From: Candidatus Poribacteria bacterium | Lineage (GTDB): Bacteria > Poribacteria > WGA-4E > UBA9662 | NCBI GenBank assembly: GCA_046582655.1 | Contig: JAYGDX010000201.1 | Coordinates: 9,278-73,277, forward strand | Direction: 5' to 3' | Length of the DNA: 64,000 nt | In this document: positions 8,500 to 19,182 of the stretch, piece by piece | How the letters are laid out: each line of letters starts with the position of its first letter | Numbering within the stretch: position 1 is the stretch's first letter | The notes under the pieces: generated by a model | Databases searched by the model: none | What the model was told of the DNA's origin: nothing | Seen by the model: the letters and a program-made list of their open reading frames with translations, nothing else | Made by a program: the position numbers and the translations under genes

Positions 8500-11171
8500 A
8501 GCGAAATTCCTAACAACCCACGGGTGAATTGGAAGTCCGTGTTTCCTTTTGCGAACAGTTTTGGTATGTATCGACGTGAGGCAACTTCCAAAACTAGATC
8601 AAGGAGGTTGGTTTCGATCTGATCCAGATCTGAACTATAAGTTGATTGAGTAACGGGATCCATTGAGATCTGGAGCAGTGGTATCATCCGATGGGATTGA
8701 ATTGGGTGCCCAACTATATGGGCGACCATCATGTCAACGCCGGTTGCTCCCAGTCCCGTCATCGTTTCAACTACGTGGCTGGTTGGAGTTTCCATAATGT
8801 GGAGTCCCGGCTCGATTTGGCTTTCTCCGTAGGATATCGTTGGCTCCCAATCTTGGTTGCCGATCACCTCTGTCGTGTAGATGAAAGATTCTGACAGGGT
8901 TGCATTTTTTGGAATGACGATTGTACCACCTTCACCAATAATAGTTTGGGTGAAATCAGCCAAGCTGGATGCAGTGTGACCCGTTATTTCACCTATTGAC
9001 GTCAGCCCGATATGTAGATCTCGCAGAAATCCCTCACTATATGTGAGATCTTGCAGTTCAGCAACTGATTGATCAAACCATCGTTCTATTTTCTCAGCTA
9101 CGGCATCGATACCGCCATCGAGTTGAACGCTAGCCCAACCATATTTTCCACCGTTGATTCCAAGTTGTGCTAAGTCGTTCTTAATGTAATCGTTATGCGT
9201 TTTTTCGCAACCGTGTTCAAGCAAGACGCCCAAACCAACCATTGGATGAAGCAAATGTCCAATTAGCGTTTGGGCATACAATCTTTCTGAGCTTCCACCT
9301 GAAACACCACAACCTTCGGTGTGTGCTAGAGAAACGAAGCGTGAAATGCCTCGATCCTGTCCCAGTTTCTTCTGATTCAACCGTTTGGTAATTAACTGGG
9401 CGATCTGACCAGAACAAAGGCTGGTTGGTAAGACAAGACCAATCTGATCCGTTTTGGGCCCACTCTCAGTTTGAACAGCTAAAAATTTCCTGTTAGAATT
9501 CTTTGTATTATGAACTGAGATTGATCGGCCGTTGGGTTTGACCATATTCAAGATCTGGGCTGTTTTGCTGGCATCGTTTTGTTGCCAATTGCGCCATATC
9601 GAAACTTGAGAATGCCCTGCTTTCTCTCCAACGCTTGGTGTCCCAGACGCTATGTCAGCAGTCAGACTGAGCATGTCGGTGCCTAGCTTTTCCATGGGTG
9701 TGCCGTCTTGATAAGCACCAGCATTAACATCCATATCCTTCTCAAGCAAGTTGAATCTATCCGTAGTGGTAACGATCTTGATTGTTGGTACAAACGGAAA
9801 ATTGGTAATCGAACCGTTACCAGTGACAAAAAAGATCATGTTACTACCTGAAGCAACCTGACCTGCAATGCTTTCAAGATCATTGCCTGGGCTATCCATG
9901 AAATAATAGCCGGCATCACGCATCGGCTCCCCATACTCAATGACATAGTCAAGACACACATCAGGGTGCCGTTTCATTGCGGCGCCGATTGACTTGATGG
10001 CAATATTGTAAAGTCCACGAAAATTATTTCCTCCAGAGGGGTTTCCTTCTGCTGAGTGGCCATGCCAACTGGCTTTTTCTTGAAACTGTTCAACAGTTGA
10101 CAAAAATTTCCGAGCGACCTGAATTGATCTCACATTTTGTAGAACGTAACTTTCTGCTCCGATAAGTTCATCTGTTTCAGCCAAATTTGCACTTCCTCCA
10201 TAACGAATCACCTCTTTGGCTACATAGGCCGCTAGTGGATTACCAGAAACACCAGAAAAGGCATCAGATCCGCCACACTGAAGTGCGATCTTCAGGTTTG
10301 AGAACGGCTGGGATGTTCGGCTCATCTTATTGACTGGTTCAAGCCAAGATTTTACAATATTTTCTGCTTGGTCTAAACTCTGATCGAAACCGCCGCTAAT
10401 CGAAAAGAATTGATGCAAAACGTCGCTGATTGGATAGTTATTTTTAACCAAATAGTCGTAAAGCATCTTGTTAGTCACCATTTCATTTTCATAGTCAATA
10501 GCAATACATGCACCTATGTTCGGATGCACTATGAATCCGGCAAGTGTTTGAAGCAGTAGACTGAGATTATTGGGAGTATTTGCTTCACCGCCTTCAGTAT
10601 GAGTTATAGATACGATACCATCGATTTGGTCTAAATCACTGGCTGCACCAAGAAACCGTTCCTCAATGATCTTGGCAAAACTGGCAGTTTTGGATGTCGT
10701 ACCAAGGATCCCGATGAAGTTCCGTGTGCCAACTCCTCGGTTACTGGATCTTTTGTATCCTTCAAATTGGTGATCAGAATCGTATCTTGAAACTTGTGTG
10801 CCAGATTGAAACGTCGTTGGATCAAGTTTATAACGGGGAATATCATTACCAAAGTTTGGTCTGTCCGGCAGTTCGAAATCCAGATTTCTGATTGAAAGCG
10901 ATTCCAGCATTTTTGCATTAGACACGTAATCACCGGGATTAATCTGTTCAATAGCTGTTCCAAACGGTAACCCCCATGAAAGTAGATGCTGCCTGATTGG
11001 AATTAAGTCAACAGCAAACCGATGTCCTTCCAGGATAGTATGTGAAATGGCAAAGGTTTGATCGTTGTAGCGAATTTCTGATCCAACTTCAACGACCTGT
11101 GTGGCGATTGCAACATTATCACCTAATGCTGGAAGTAGTCCAATCTCACTGAATTCGTATTTTTCGGCCAT
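8496..11171 (-). CDS. uxaA: UxaA/GarD family altronate/galactarate dehydratase-like protein with internal duplication
   Basis: N-terminal SAF domain (DNVAIA..GHRFA..GLPFG), VGTRN, QCGGSDAFSG..NP, GNPSGGN, TGNGS. A second, degenerate copy carries HTEGCG and EHGCE. Confidence 0.85.
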   Translation of the reverse strand: MAEKYEFSEIGLLPALGDNVAIATQVVEVGSEIRYNDQTFAISHTILEGHRFAVDLIPIRQHLLSWGLPFGTAIEQINPGDYVSNAKMLESLSIRNLDFELPDRPNFGNDIPRYKLDPTTFQSGTQVSRYDSDHQFEGYKRSSNRGVGTRNFIGILGTTSKTASFAKIIEERFLGAASDLDQIDGIVSITHTEGGEANTPNNLSLLLQTLAGFIVHPNIGACIAIDYENEMVTNKMLYDYLVKNNYPISDVLHQFFSISGGFDQSLDQAENIVKSWLEPVNKMSRTSQPFSNLKIALQCGGSDAFSGVSGNPLAAYVAKEVIRYGGSANLAETDELIGAESYVLQNVRSIQVARKFLSTVEQFQEKASWHGHSAEGNPSGGNNFRGLYNIAIKSIGAAMKRHPDVCLDYVIEYGEPMRDAGYYFMDSPGNDLESIAGQVASGSNMIFFVTGNGSITNFPFVPTIKIVTTTDRFNLLEKDMDVNAGAYQDGTPMEKLGTDMLSLTADIASGTPSVGEKAGHSQVSIWRNWQQNDASKTAQILNMVKPNGRSISVHNTKNSNRKFLAVQTESGPKTDQIGLVLPTSLCSGQIAQLITKRLNQKKLGQDRGISRFVSLAHTEGCGVSGGSSERLYAQTLIGHLLHPMVGLGVLLEHGCEKTHNDYIKNDLAQLGINGGKYGWASVQLDGGIDAVAEKIERWFDQSVAELQDLTYSEGFLRDLHIGLTSIGEITGHTASSLADFTQTIIGEGGTIVIPKNATLSESFIYTTEVIGNQDWEPTISYGESQIEPGLHIMETPTSHVVETMTGLGATGVDMMVAHIVGHPIQSHRMIPLLQISMDPVTQSTYSSDLDQIETNLLDLVLEVASRRYIPKLFAKGNTDFQFTRGLLGISL

Positions 11172-11594
11172 GAAATATCTATTTCCTCATTGATTTGTAT
11201 GCGTTTTTTTAAAAGCCGGTAACGAAAAATGTCTCATCGGCTTTATCCAGCATCGTCAATTTCCATACCGCACTTATGATGCAATCTCTGATCTGACAAG
11301 AGCCGTTTGTTCTCCTGCTCTTGATTTTTGCCCTCAAGCCATCCACCAAACAGACCAAGATTGCCTCTGGATAATTACAGTTGAATCCCTATGTTGATGA
11401 TGGGTAAAGAATTTGGGCATATAGATTCTCAATATGTCTGAATAACTGTCGATATATAAAGGCATATCGCCTCAGAACACGGTTTGAAAAAACTCATTAG
11501 GTTAGTTTAACAAATATCTGTGACAGATGTGTTTTTTTGTTGGTAGTTACTGTTTAATTCTTTAATTTTTATTTGTTTGCTACCATTTTCTTAA

Positions 11595-12134
11595 ATGTTA
11601 ACAGAGGTTGGGTGATGAACATTTCAAGCATTTCAGCAAACTTTGTTCGCAAGCTGTTTGCTGATAGTCAATCCCGGTTGAAGCCTAATAAGGGAAAAAC
11701 TGAGCCCGACCAAATGGTGGATATTGATGCCAACATTAATACTGATCAGGTAGATTCAGTAGCAGCATATCTTTTACCCGATTCACCAAGGATGCAAAAA
11801 CAGTTAACATCACTTTTACCGTCGTTAGGTCTGTCAGTTAATGATAATTTAAAACAGGCTTTGGATCTGGCGTAATCAGTTTCACAGCCGGCATAGTATT
11901 ATACAGCCGGCGATTTCTATTTATGGAGCTATGATTCAGGCCAACATTGAAGCCAGTCAACCCAACCCAGATGATATGAATATCCAATTTTTAAATCATC
12001 TTTTCCAACCGATCAATCTTACCAATCACTTTTTCGAACTGTTTAATGGACAGAACTATCCCTATATTGACATATTATCCGGGTTGATTGATAAGTCTTC
12101 TCTGGATGACTCGGTAATAGATCGCCTGCTGTAG
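11595..12134 (+). pseudogene. Possible fragmented hypothetical gene
   Basis: Two short protein-like ORFs (MNISSISANF..., MIQANIEASQ...) separated by stops and a frame change. Family not recognised. Confidence 0.3.
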
Positions 12135-12369
12135 AAATCGCTCAACAACTTAATTTCCATTTGATGTTCTTACCGTTTTCTATGGCTGATCATTTTGATT
12201 TAAACTATTGTCATTAATTGGCGTCTAAAGTAACAACTGTTACTGGGTTTAAATTCAAGGTTTGCACACACCAATTTAATTTTTCACATTTGCTTTTTCC
12301 CTATGGTTTATACCATTATTAAATTTTATCTGTAAGCAAACAAAAGAAAATTAAAGTAAGAGGGGTGTG

Positions 12370-12750
12370 TGATGAGATCCTGTGTGATGATTTTAACTCC
12401 AGCTCTAATTTCGGTTAATTTATTAGATGTTGTGCTTGATGGAGGCATTGTTCTTTATCTGATCTTTAATGATGTTGGGGTGCGACAAATAGCCCAAAAA
12501 ATCACTTAGTTGCGCGACAAAATGGAAGACAGAAACGGCATCATATTATGGGAACTTATGATGGTAAGACAAAAAGAATCCATCTCGATAGTGTGTTACT
12601 TGCATGAACAAGGCGAAAAGTTTAAGTTTGCCGGAAAAAACGATGAACTCTACGTATATTGAACCTATCAATACGTGAACAAGCCTGCCCTGGGGGCTCG
12701 ACTTTTCAGCGATAGCGAACGGTTAAGTGGGAGTTACCTAAGTGATAAAT
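12370..12750 (+). pseudogene. Remnant of a LamG-like jellyroll protein gene
   Basis: Interrupted translations include DGGIVLYLIFND and, at 12536-12607, RHHIMGTYDGKTKRIHLDSVLLA*, which matches the LamG 'WHHxxGTYDGxxxxIYxDG' motif. Confidence 0.55.
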
Positions 12751-12792
12751 AATGATAGTAATTTGATAGATTGTCAATTCTAGCGAACATTA

Positions 12793-14766
12793 TTACCCCG
12801 GCAGCATGGTGTATCCATCTCCTGCAATCATACCAAAAACCGCCCATACACCGCCGATAAAGCAATCACCAAGAACCAGTCCGAAAAAGAATGGTTTCGC
12901 CTGCTGGAACTGTTTTAAACCTCCATACTTAAGCAACGTAGACTTGACCAACCATCCGATAAAGATTGAAAACCATAGGTTGTTCAGTGGCCATTCTCCT
13001 GGTGAAGAAACAAATCCGATTGGGTGTAATGGCCACCAGATAAAATTGTTACGTATCCAATATAGACCAGCCATTATAATTGCACCAACGCCGATAAAAC
13101 TGAGGTTCACCCAATTGGTTTCGGTTGGTAGTTGAAACTGCGTTTCCAACCATCGGAACGGAGTTTGTGGTGCAGTGACAAAAGTCCAATGTTGCATGTT
13201 CAATGCGCCTGTTCGGTAGACGATCCACAGGAAGGTAATACAAGTTAAGACAACTGCTAAGGTTAGTGCAAGCACTATTGACATGAGCAATTGTTTCCCG
13301 TTAACTTTAGCAGTATCTGCCATCTTGAATATGTTACTGACATGGGGCATCAAGAAACCACGCTTGGTCCGAAAAATTGCCGCAGGTATGGTCAAAACCG
13401 ATAGGCTATTTCGTCCAATGCCTCCAGACCCCAAGGCAGTATGGTACAAATCAAAAGCACGGAAGGAACTGTTGATGTGCAAGATGCCACCGGCAATTAC
13501 CATATAGGTTAGCATGATTGAGGAGATTCCCATCAAAGCAACCACACCGAAACAGAGGGCGAGTGATGCACCTGCCAAGTGTAGTAAAATAGAGGGAATT
13601 AAAATACCGAGTAAAAGGCATGGTAGGATCCACGGTTCCGAGATCGGTTCGCTTGGATCTAGCTCTTTTCGATTAAAAAATGTTCCTAGCATTCGAAGCA
13701 GATGGTGTCTTCCAACCCAAACAAAGTAAACTACGGATACAATGTAACCTCCCATCTCCATGTGCGAAGCATAAGCGCGGCTGCCATAGCCCATTGATAC
13801 TTTCATCGGTATGGCAAAAGCAGTACCAATGACCAATTGCAGTCGATAAAGTAAGAAAAAGACCCAAATGCTTAAGGCCACGTCCAAGCGAATTAGGTAG
13901 GTGAATCCAATCATAGAAGGAAAAAAGTACAGCCATAATGGGCGGAGAGCGTTCCACGGTTTTTCGCTTAAATAGGGATCTAAACGTAGTTTTAAGGGAA
14001 GGATCGGGAAAGATGGAAAATAAAAGTTCAGACCATTGCAAGCGTGTATTAGTACTGGAATTGAGAACCCTATCCACAACAACCGATTCTGAAAGAGCGA
14101 ATTGAAGTAGTTGACCGGTGCGGGTGGAGATATCATCTCATTTGGTAGTTGTGCTAGGGGAAAAATATATTTTTCGCGTTCGATCCACTGCCGGCGAAAA
14201 ATCACACTCAAGGTGATCATCAATAACCACAACCCACCGATAACGCTCATCCAAAAAACGAGTGGTTTGATCCAGGAAAAATAGGGAATTGGCATTCCTT
14301 CCGGCATTTTTTCATAGAAAAAACGGATCGTATCGGGGTCTGTTGGTGCCAACCAGTTCGAGAAATAGGGCCCGAAAAGTGTCTGCCAATCGTTTTCTGG
14401 TGTAGCGAAATATCGAAACCCAACCAAGAGTGGAAACACCCATCTTGCTAATCCAACTGTTGGAATCCCAATTGAGACCAACATCATACACCAGATGGTG
14501 ACCAATTCTGTCTCGCGCAGCATCCACTTGTGACGGATAACCTTCAAAATTGGGTTAACCAACAGCAAAATTAGGATGAGCAGAAAAATTGATCCTATCG
14601 GAAAATGATTTCCTGCCAAAAAAGTACCTTCGATCAGGAAATCGTTGTAAGGCACCACAATACAAAATAAGACAACACAGGCCAAACCGATTACTATGGA
14701 ACGAAGGGAAATATCGTGTTGAAAGGCAGGCTTAGACAAATCCATTGCATCCTCTCCATCTGTCAA
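12793..14766 (-). CDS. Large polytopic membrane protein, DUF6785/DUF6784-like (putative transporter component)
   Basis: Many TM segments; RRQWIEREKYIFPLAQLP, WWPLHPIGF, LKYGG..KPFFFGLVLG. Confidence 0.75.
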   Translation of the reverse strand: MTDGEDAMDLSKPAFQHDISLRSIVIGLACVVLFCIVVPYNDFLIEGTFLAGNHFPIGSIFLLILILLLVNPILKVIRHKWMLRETELVTIWCMMLVSIGIPTVGLARWVFPLLVGFRYFATPENDWQTLFGPYFSNWLAPTDPDTIRFFYEKMPEGMPIPYFSWIKPLVFWMSVIGGLWLLMITLSVIFRRQWIEREKYIFPLAQLPNEMISPPAPVNYFNSLFQNRLLWIGFSIPVLIHACNGLNFYFPSFPILPLKLRLDPYLSEKPWNALRPLWLYFFPSMIGFTYLIRLDVALSIWVFFLLYRLQLVIGTAFAIPMKVSMGYGSRAYASHMEMGGYIVSVVYFVWVGRHHLLRMLGTFFNRKELDPSEPISEPWILPCLLLGILIPSILLHLAGASLALCFGVVALMGISSIMLTYMVIAGGILHINSSFRAFDLYHTALGSGGIGRNSLSVLTIPAAIFRTKRGFLMPHVSNIFKMADTAKVNGKQLLMSIVLALTLAVVLTCITFLWIVYRTGALNMQHWTFVTAPQTPFRWLETQFQLPTETNWVNLSFIGVGAIIMAGLYWIRNNFIWWPLHPIGFVSSPGEWPLNNLWFSIFIGWLVKSTLLKYGGLKQFQQAKPFFFGLVLGDCFIGGVWAVFGMIAGDGYTMLPG

Positions 14767-15097
14767 ATCGAGAATGATACCGTTGAGATCTACTTTACTT
14801 CCAAGAATCTGCTGAAGCGTTCCAACAGAACAATCTGGAACAATTTCAATATAACATTTTCATAGGTTTAAGTTTATCACGAACACGAATAGCATTGAAA
14901 TACTTACCATCTCTTCATGATAAAATGATACTATGAAAGTTCAGTCTTTAAAATTACCATAACTTTCTGATATCCAAATATCTAAAGTCTTGTGTTGTAT
15001 GTGGCTCCGGACCATTTAAAACGAAAGTCATTTATTGAGCCAAAGAAAAAGAAACATATGCGGGTTACGCAGGTGTATAGATGCTGAAGAGATAGCC

Positions 15098-16204
15098 ATG
15101 AACAATTTGACCTATTTTCTTGATCAACCCGGTGGCATCTTCACTGCTGCCACCGGATTGATTCCTGAGCCTGGTCCGGGTGAAATTCGTTTACGTACCC
15201 TCAAAACCTCAGTTTGCCAGTCAGATGTTGTCATACATCGGCAAGGACTACCGAGGATCAAGCAGTGGCCTGCCATTCTCTTTCATGAGGCCTGTTGCGT
15301 AATCGACGCGGTGGGTGGAAGAGTCGAGGACTACGCCCCCGGTGACCTGGTGGGATTAGGATGTGACATCCCATGTGGCGACCTGAATTGCATCTACTGT
15401 GGAACCAACGGTACTGGAGATTGGACTAGTTGTCCTGACACTCAGGCTACAGGCCACGAGTTCCCGGGCTTTGCACGCTTGTATGCCATTCTGCCTGATT
15501 GGTTCGTTAAGCTGGGTCCCATCGTTAAATTCCCCGAAGATTTTGATCCGAGTTACGCTTGTCAATTGGAACCGTTAGCCTGCTGTCTTGAGGGCATGAC
15601 GCGTGTCAACAATTGCATCGAAAACCGGATCGTGGTACTCATCGGGGCTGGATCACAAAGTACCTACGCTCTGCAATGCGCACAGGCAATGAACGCTCGC
15701 AAGATCATCGTCATTAACCGGGGGCAAGAACGTCTTGAACGAGTGATGAATGACTTTGGCGATGATAACGTGTTGGGGATTCGTTGGGATGAACAGGTTG
15801 TGGATAACGTTTTCAAAGCCTGCCAACCATTCAATGAACCTCATTTCGTAATGGTCAATGCCCCATGCCGGGAGGCCTATGAGTTGGCGCCAAATCTGAT
15901 GGGGTACGGCACGGTCCTCGACGGCCACGCAGGTGTCAAAGGTGCATCAGGTAAACCGCGAATTTCACATCAGGTCGATCTCAACAACGACATCCACTAC
16001 CGTCTACAATGCTATCAGGCCACCCACGGTTCCAGTATGCACGGCATTCGTTTAGCACATCAGTTCTTGACAGAAGGCCGCCTACCAAAGATCGGCTTGA
16101 TGACTAACGAAACAGAACGCTTTCAACATACTGAACTGGATAAAGCCATTGCTCGTGCGGCTGATTCTGACAGCCTGAAGATTATTGTTGATTGGGATCA
16201 GTAA
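15098..16204 (+). CDS. Zn-dependent medium-chain alcohol/sugar-alcohol dehydrogenase (atypical)
   Basis: CQSD, FHEA (GHE-like), Cys cluster C-x4-C-x2-C...C, GFA, EPLACC, IGAG, C-terminal KIIV. ATG 15098 chosen. Confidence 0.8.
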   Translation: MNNLTYFLDQPGGIFTAATGLIPEPGPGEIRLRTLKTSVCQSDVVIHRQGLPRIKQWPAILFHEACCVIDAVGGRVEDYAPGDLVGLGCDIPCGDLNCIYCGTNGTGDWTSCPDTQATGHEFPGFARLYAILPDWFVKLGPIVKFPEDFDPSYACQLEPLACCLEGMTRVNNCIENRIVVLIGAGSQSTYALQCAQAMNARKIIVINRGQERLERVMNDFGDDNVLGIRWDEQVVDNVFKACQPFNEPHFVMVNAPCREAYELAPNLMGYGTVLDGHAGVKGASGKPRISHQVDLNNDIHYRLQCYQATHGSSMHGIRLAHQFLTEGRLPKIGLMTNETERFQHTELDKAIARAADSDSLKIIVDWDQ

Positions 16205-16302
16205 TCTAGATTGTTGCGGCAGAAAGCATGACCATCTTCGATTAACAGCCCGTTTCGTTACCACCAAATCTAAAGGATGTTAGTAAAAATTAAAAGAATC
16301 TT

Positions 16303-17544
16303 ATGGATAAATTGATTGAACATTGGTCACAATTGGTGCTTGGTGTCGGTGCACAGTTCGAACTTGCAGGACGGATTGTTGGCATTATTTTATTGATTAT
16401 ACTGTATCCGATCTTGTATTCGGTCAGTCGACGATTGATCTATGCCACGTTCGACCGACTTTTAGCTTGGATTATCAAGGAGAACTTAGATCTTAATGAA
16501 CATAGGCTTGCCAAGCGTCTGACACTTTTCTTTTTTGCTTGTATTTCCTACGCCGCTTTGCCTTTCATATTGATCGGCTATAACACGGTCATCCAGTTGG
16601 CTAGAAACATCAATATGGTTTGTCTCATACTGGTTGGTACCCTTGTTATTAGTTCGTTTCTTGACTTATTTCTGACTATTTATGGTTCCTCTAAGACCTC
16701 GCATGACATTCCACTCAAAGCCACAGTACAGGTGATCAAAATTGTTGTTTACTTCGTCTGCGGGATCTTCATTGTCTCACTTATCCTAAACAAAACACCT
16801 CTGTATCTGCTCAGCGGTCTGAGTGCGTTAGGAGCGGTACTCTTGCTGGTTTTCCGAGATTCAATCCTCGGTTTCGTGGCAGGTATTCAGCTGATTGCCA
16901 ACCGAATGGTAGCTAAAGGTGACTGGATTGAGATGCCCAAATACGACGCCGATGGAGATGTCATCGAAATTGCGTTGACCACTGTCAAAGTACAGAACTG
17001 GGATAAAACCATTGCCACCATTCCTACCTATGCGCTGATTGGGGAATCGTTCAAGAATTGGCGTGGTATGAAAGAGTCGGGTGGTCGCCGGATCAAGCGG
17101 ACCATTAATATCGATGTCTCAACCATTAAGTTTTGCAATGAGGAAATGCTGAAACGATTTTCTGAAATCCAATACATTGCTAACTATATCCAGATCAAAA
17201 AGGAAGAACTCTCCATCTACAACGACGAAAATGAAGTTGACAACACCAGCTTAGCTAATGGAAGAAGATTAACCAATGTGGGTACTTTTCGTGCCTATAC
17301 CGTAGCTTATTTAAGAAACCATCCAATGATTAGTCAGGAGATGACTTTTCTGGTACGGCACTTGGCACCAGCCGGGTACGGCCTACCGATCGAGATCTAC
17401 GTCTTCAGTAAAGACACAATTTGGGCTAACTATGAAGGTATTCAAGCTGATATCTTCGACCACCTACTGGCAGTTGTGCCGGAGTTTGACTTAAAAGTCT
17501 TCCAGAACCCGTCGGGATCAGATTTTCATCGACTTGTTTCTTAG
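16303..17544 (+). CDS. Mechanosensitive ion channel, MscS family (YbdG-like)
   Basis: DSILGFVAGIQL, GDWIEMPKYDADGDV, VKVQNWDKT, SFKNWRGM..GGRRIKR, TNVGTFRAY, YEGIQADIFDH. Confidence 0.93.
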   Translation: MDKLIEHWSQLVLGVGAQFELAGRIVGIILLIILYPILYSVSRRLIYATFDRLLAWIIKENLDLNEHRLAKRLTLFFFACISYAALPFILIGYNTVIQLARNINMVCLILVGTLVISSFLDLFLTIYGSSKTSHDIPLKATVQVIKIVVYFVCGIFIVSLILNKTPLYLLSGLSALGAVLLLVFRDSILGFVAGIQLIANRMVAKGDWIEMPKYDADGDVIEIALTTVKVQNWDKTIATIPTYALIGESFKNWRGMKESGGRRIKRTINIDVSTIKFCNEEMLKRFSEIQYIANYIQIKKEELSIYNDENEVDNTSLANGRRLTNVGTFRAYTVAYLRNHPMISQEMTFLVRHLAPAGYGLPIEIYVFSKDTIWANYEGIQADIFDHLLAVVPEFDLKVFQNPSGSDFHRLVS

Positions 17545-17732
17545 AAGGAACGAGAATTTGAACACATTATTAGGGTAAGCGCACAAAAGTTAAGTAGATT
17601 ATAAATCCAACAAGCTTAAAGATTAGGACACTGGATAAATTGTGCAAATAATAGTTGATAGAAACCTAATTCTGGATAATGCCAATCTAAATTGGGCTTG
17701 CAATAATTTCTGTAGTTCTGTAGATTTTAGCA

Positions 17733-18044
17733 TTGAAATTGTCTGCGTTGAGTTTGATCTTGGTAAACTTTTATACAGCTTATTATGGACTATTTGGTGT
17801 CATTCTTGTTGTGTCCTATGCTATTACAATTATCCAAATTCGTATTGAGTTAGGACTTTCGGCTCACGATTTTGAAGGGATGGATTGTAGAACGAATCTT
17901 CCGTTGTTATTTGGATCCAGCAACCTCGGTGCCAGAAATTTGACTTCGAGTGTGGTGAATTCCAAAAACAGAATGGTTTACAAACCAACAGGGACTGCTT
18001 TTTTCCAGAGATTAATCCATGAAGCTTTTATCCGTAGCAGGTAG
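17733..18044 (+). pseudogene. Fragment resembling an internal part of a DUF6785-type membrane protein
   Basis: A hydrophobic segment followed by IRIELGLSAHDF...FGSSNLGARNLT; no convincing start. Confidence 0.4.
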
Positions 18045-18120
18045 TTGGCTGGCAATCAGTGCGATTCTTGATCTATAGTAGATTTACGTTTTTATTCAAA
18101 AAATTAAAGGAGATAGCCAA

Positions 18121-19182
18121 ATGGGCAAAATTAAACTTGGCATCATTGGGGCTGGAGGGATTGTTCGCCGTCTACATCTGCCTGATATTGCAAAAGGAGA
18201 TGATTTTGAAGTGACAGTTATTAGTGGTAGGAAAGAACATCGCTTAAAACAGCAGGTAGAGGAATTCGGTATTCCGCATTGTACACAAGACTATGAAGCT
18301 GTTGTCTCCGATGATTCTATCCAAGGGATTATTGTTGGGACACCGCACCCACAACACGTATCTTGGGGCATAAAGGCCATAGAGGCCGGTAAGCATGTGT
18401 TAATGCAAAAACCACTCTGTGGCGATATGGTAGAAGCAAATGATTTTGTAGAAGCTGTAAAAAAAAGTGATCGTACGATTATGTGCTTACCGCATTTTGG
18501 CGCTCCGGTTTACAAAGCCAAACAACTCATCGCTGATGGTGCTATTGGTAGGGTTTCAGGCGCCAGATGGCGGTCCAGTCACGGAGGACCAGAGATATAT
18601 TACGCTGAAATTCGGGACTTGTTTGGTGAGAAATCTGATGATCTATGGTTTTTCGATTCAAAACGGGCCAGCGTCGGTGCTCTGTTTGACATGGGTGTGT
18701 ATGGCATATCGAGTCTTGTGGCCATACTTGGCACGTTTAAGCGTCTTACTGGTTTTGTGTCCACTTTTGATAAACCAACGGATCTGGAGGATGTGGCAAC
18801 GCTGGTGCTGGAAACAGAGGAGGGTGGAATCGTTACTGCTGAAACCAGTTGGTGTGATCCTTCGCGCACTTCTGAAGGCAGTATCCATGGTACGGCAGGG
18901 AAGTTCACCTTCCCCGGCAGAGACGGCGCAGCGCTGAGTCAGTTCACTCCGACGTCTTATACGCGGGAACACGCACCTGTTGACGTCAAGGCAATTGACT
19001 GTTCAGACGGCAATCCGGGAGGAATGCATGAGCACTTCGCTCAACATATTCGTGAAGGAACACAGCCGCCGCTATCAAATGCTTATGCTGCCCGTCACGT
19101 GACTGAAATTATGCTGGCCGGAATTGAATCATCAAATACTGGCCAAGTAATTGAACTAAAAACACGAGTTGACGTCCAGTGA
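18121..19182 (+). CDS. Gfo/Idh/MocA family oxidoreductase
   Basis: RBS aaggag; GIIGAGGI, GKHVLMQKP, GALFDMGVY. Confidence 0.9.
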   Translation: MGKIKLGIIGAGGIVRRLHLPDIAKGDDFEVTVISGRKEHRLKQQVEEFGIPHCTQDYEAVVSDDSIQGIIVGTPHPQHVSWGIKAIEAGKHVLMQKPLCGDMVEANDFVEAVKKSDRTIMCLPHFGAPVYKAKQLIADGAIGRVSGARWRSSHGGPEIYYAEIRDLFGEKSDDLWFFDSKRASVGALFDMGVYGISSLVAILGTFKRLTGFVSTFDKPTDLEDVATLVLETEEGGIVTAETSWCDPSRTSEGSIHGTAGKFTFPGRDGAALSQFTPTSYTREHAPVDVKAIDCSDGNPGGMHEHFAQHIREGTQPPLSNAYAARHVTEIMLAGIESSNTGQVIELKTRVDVQ

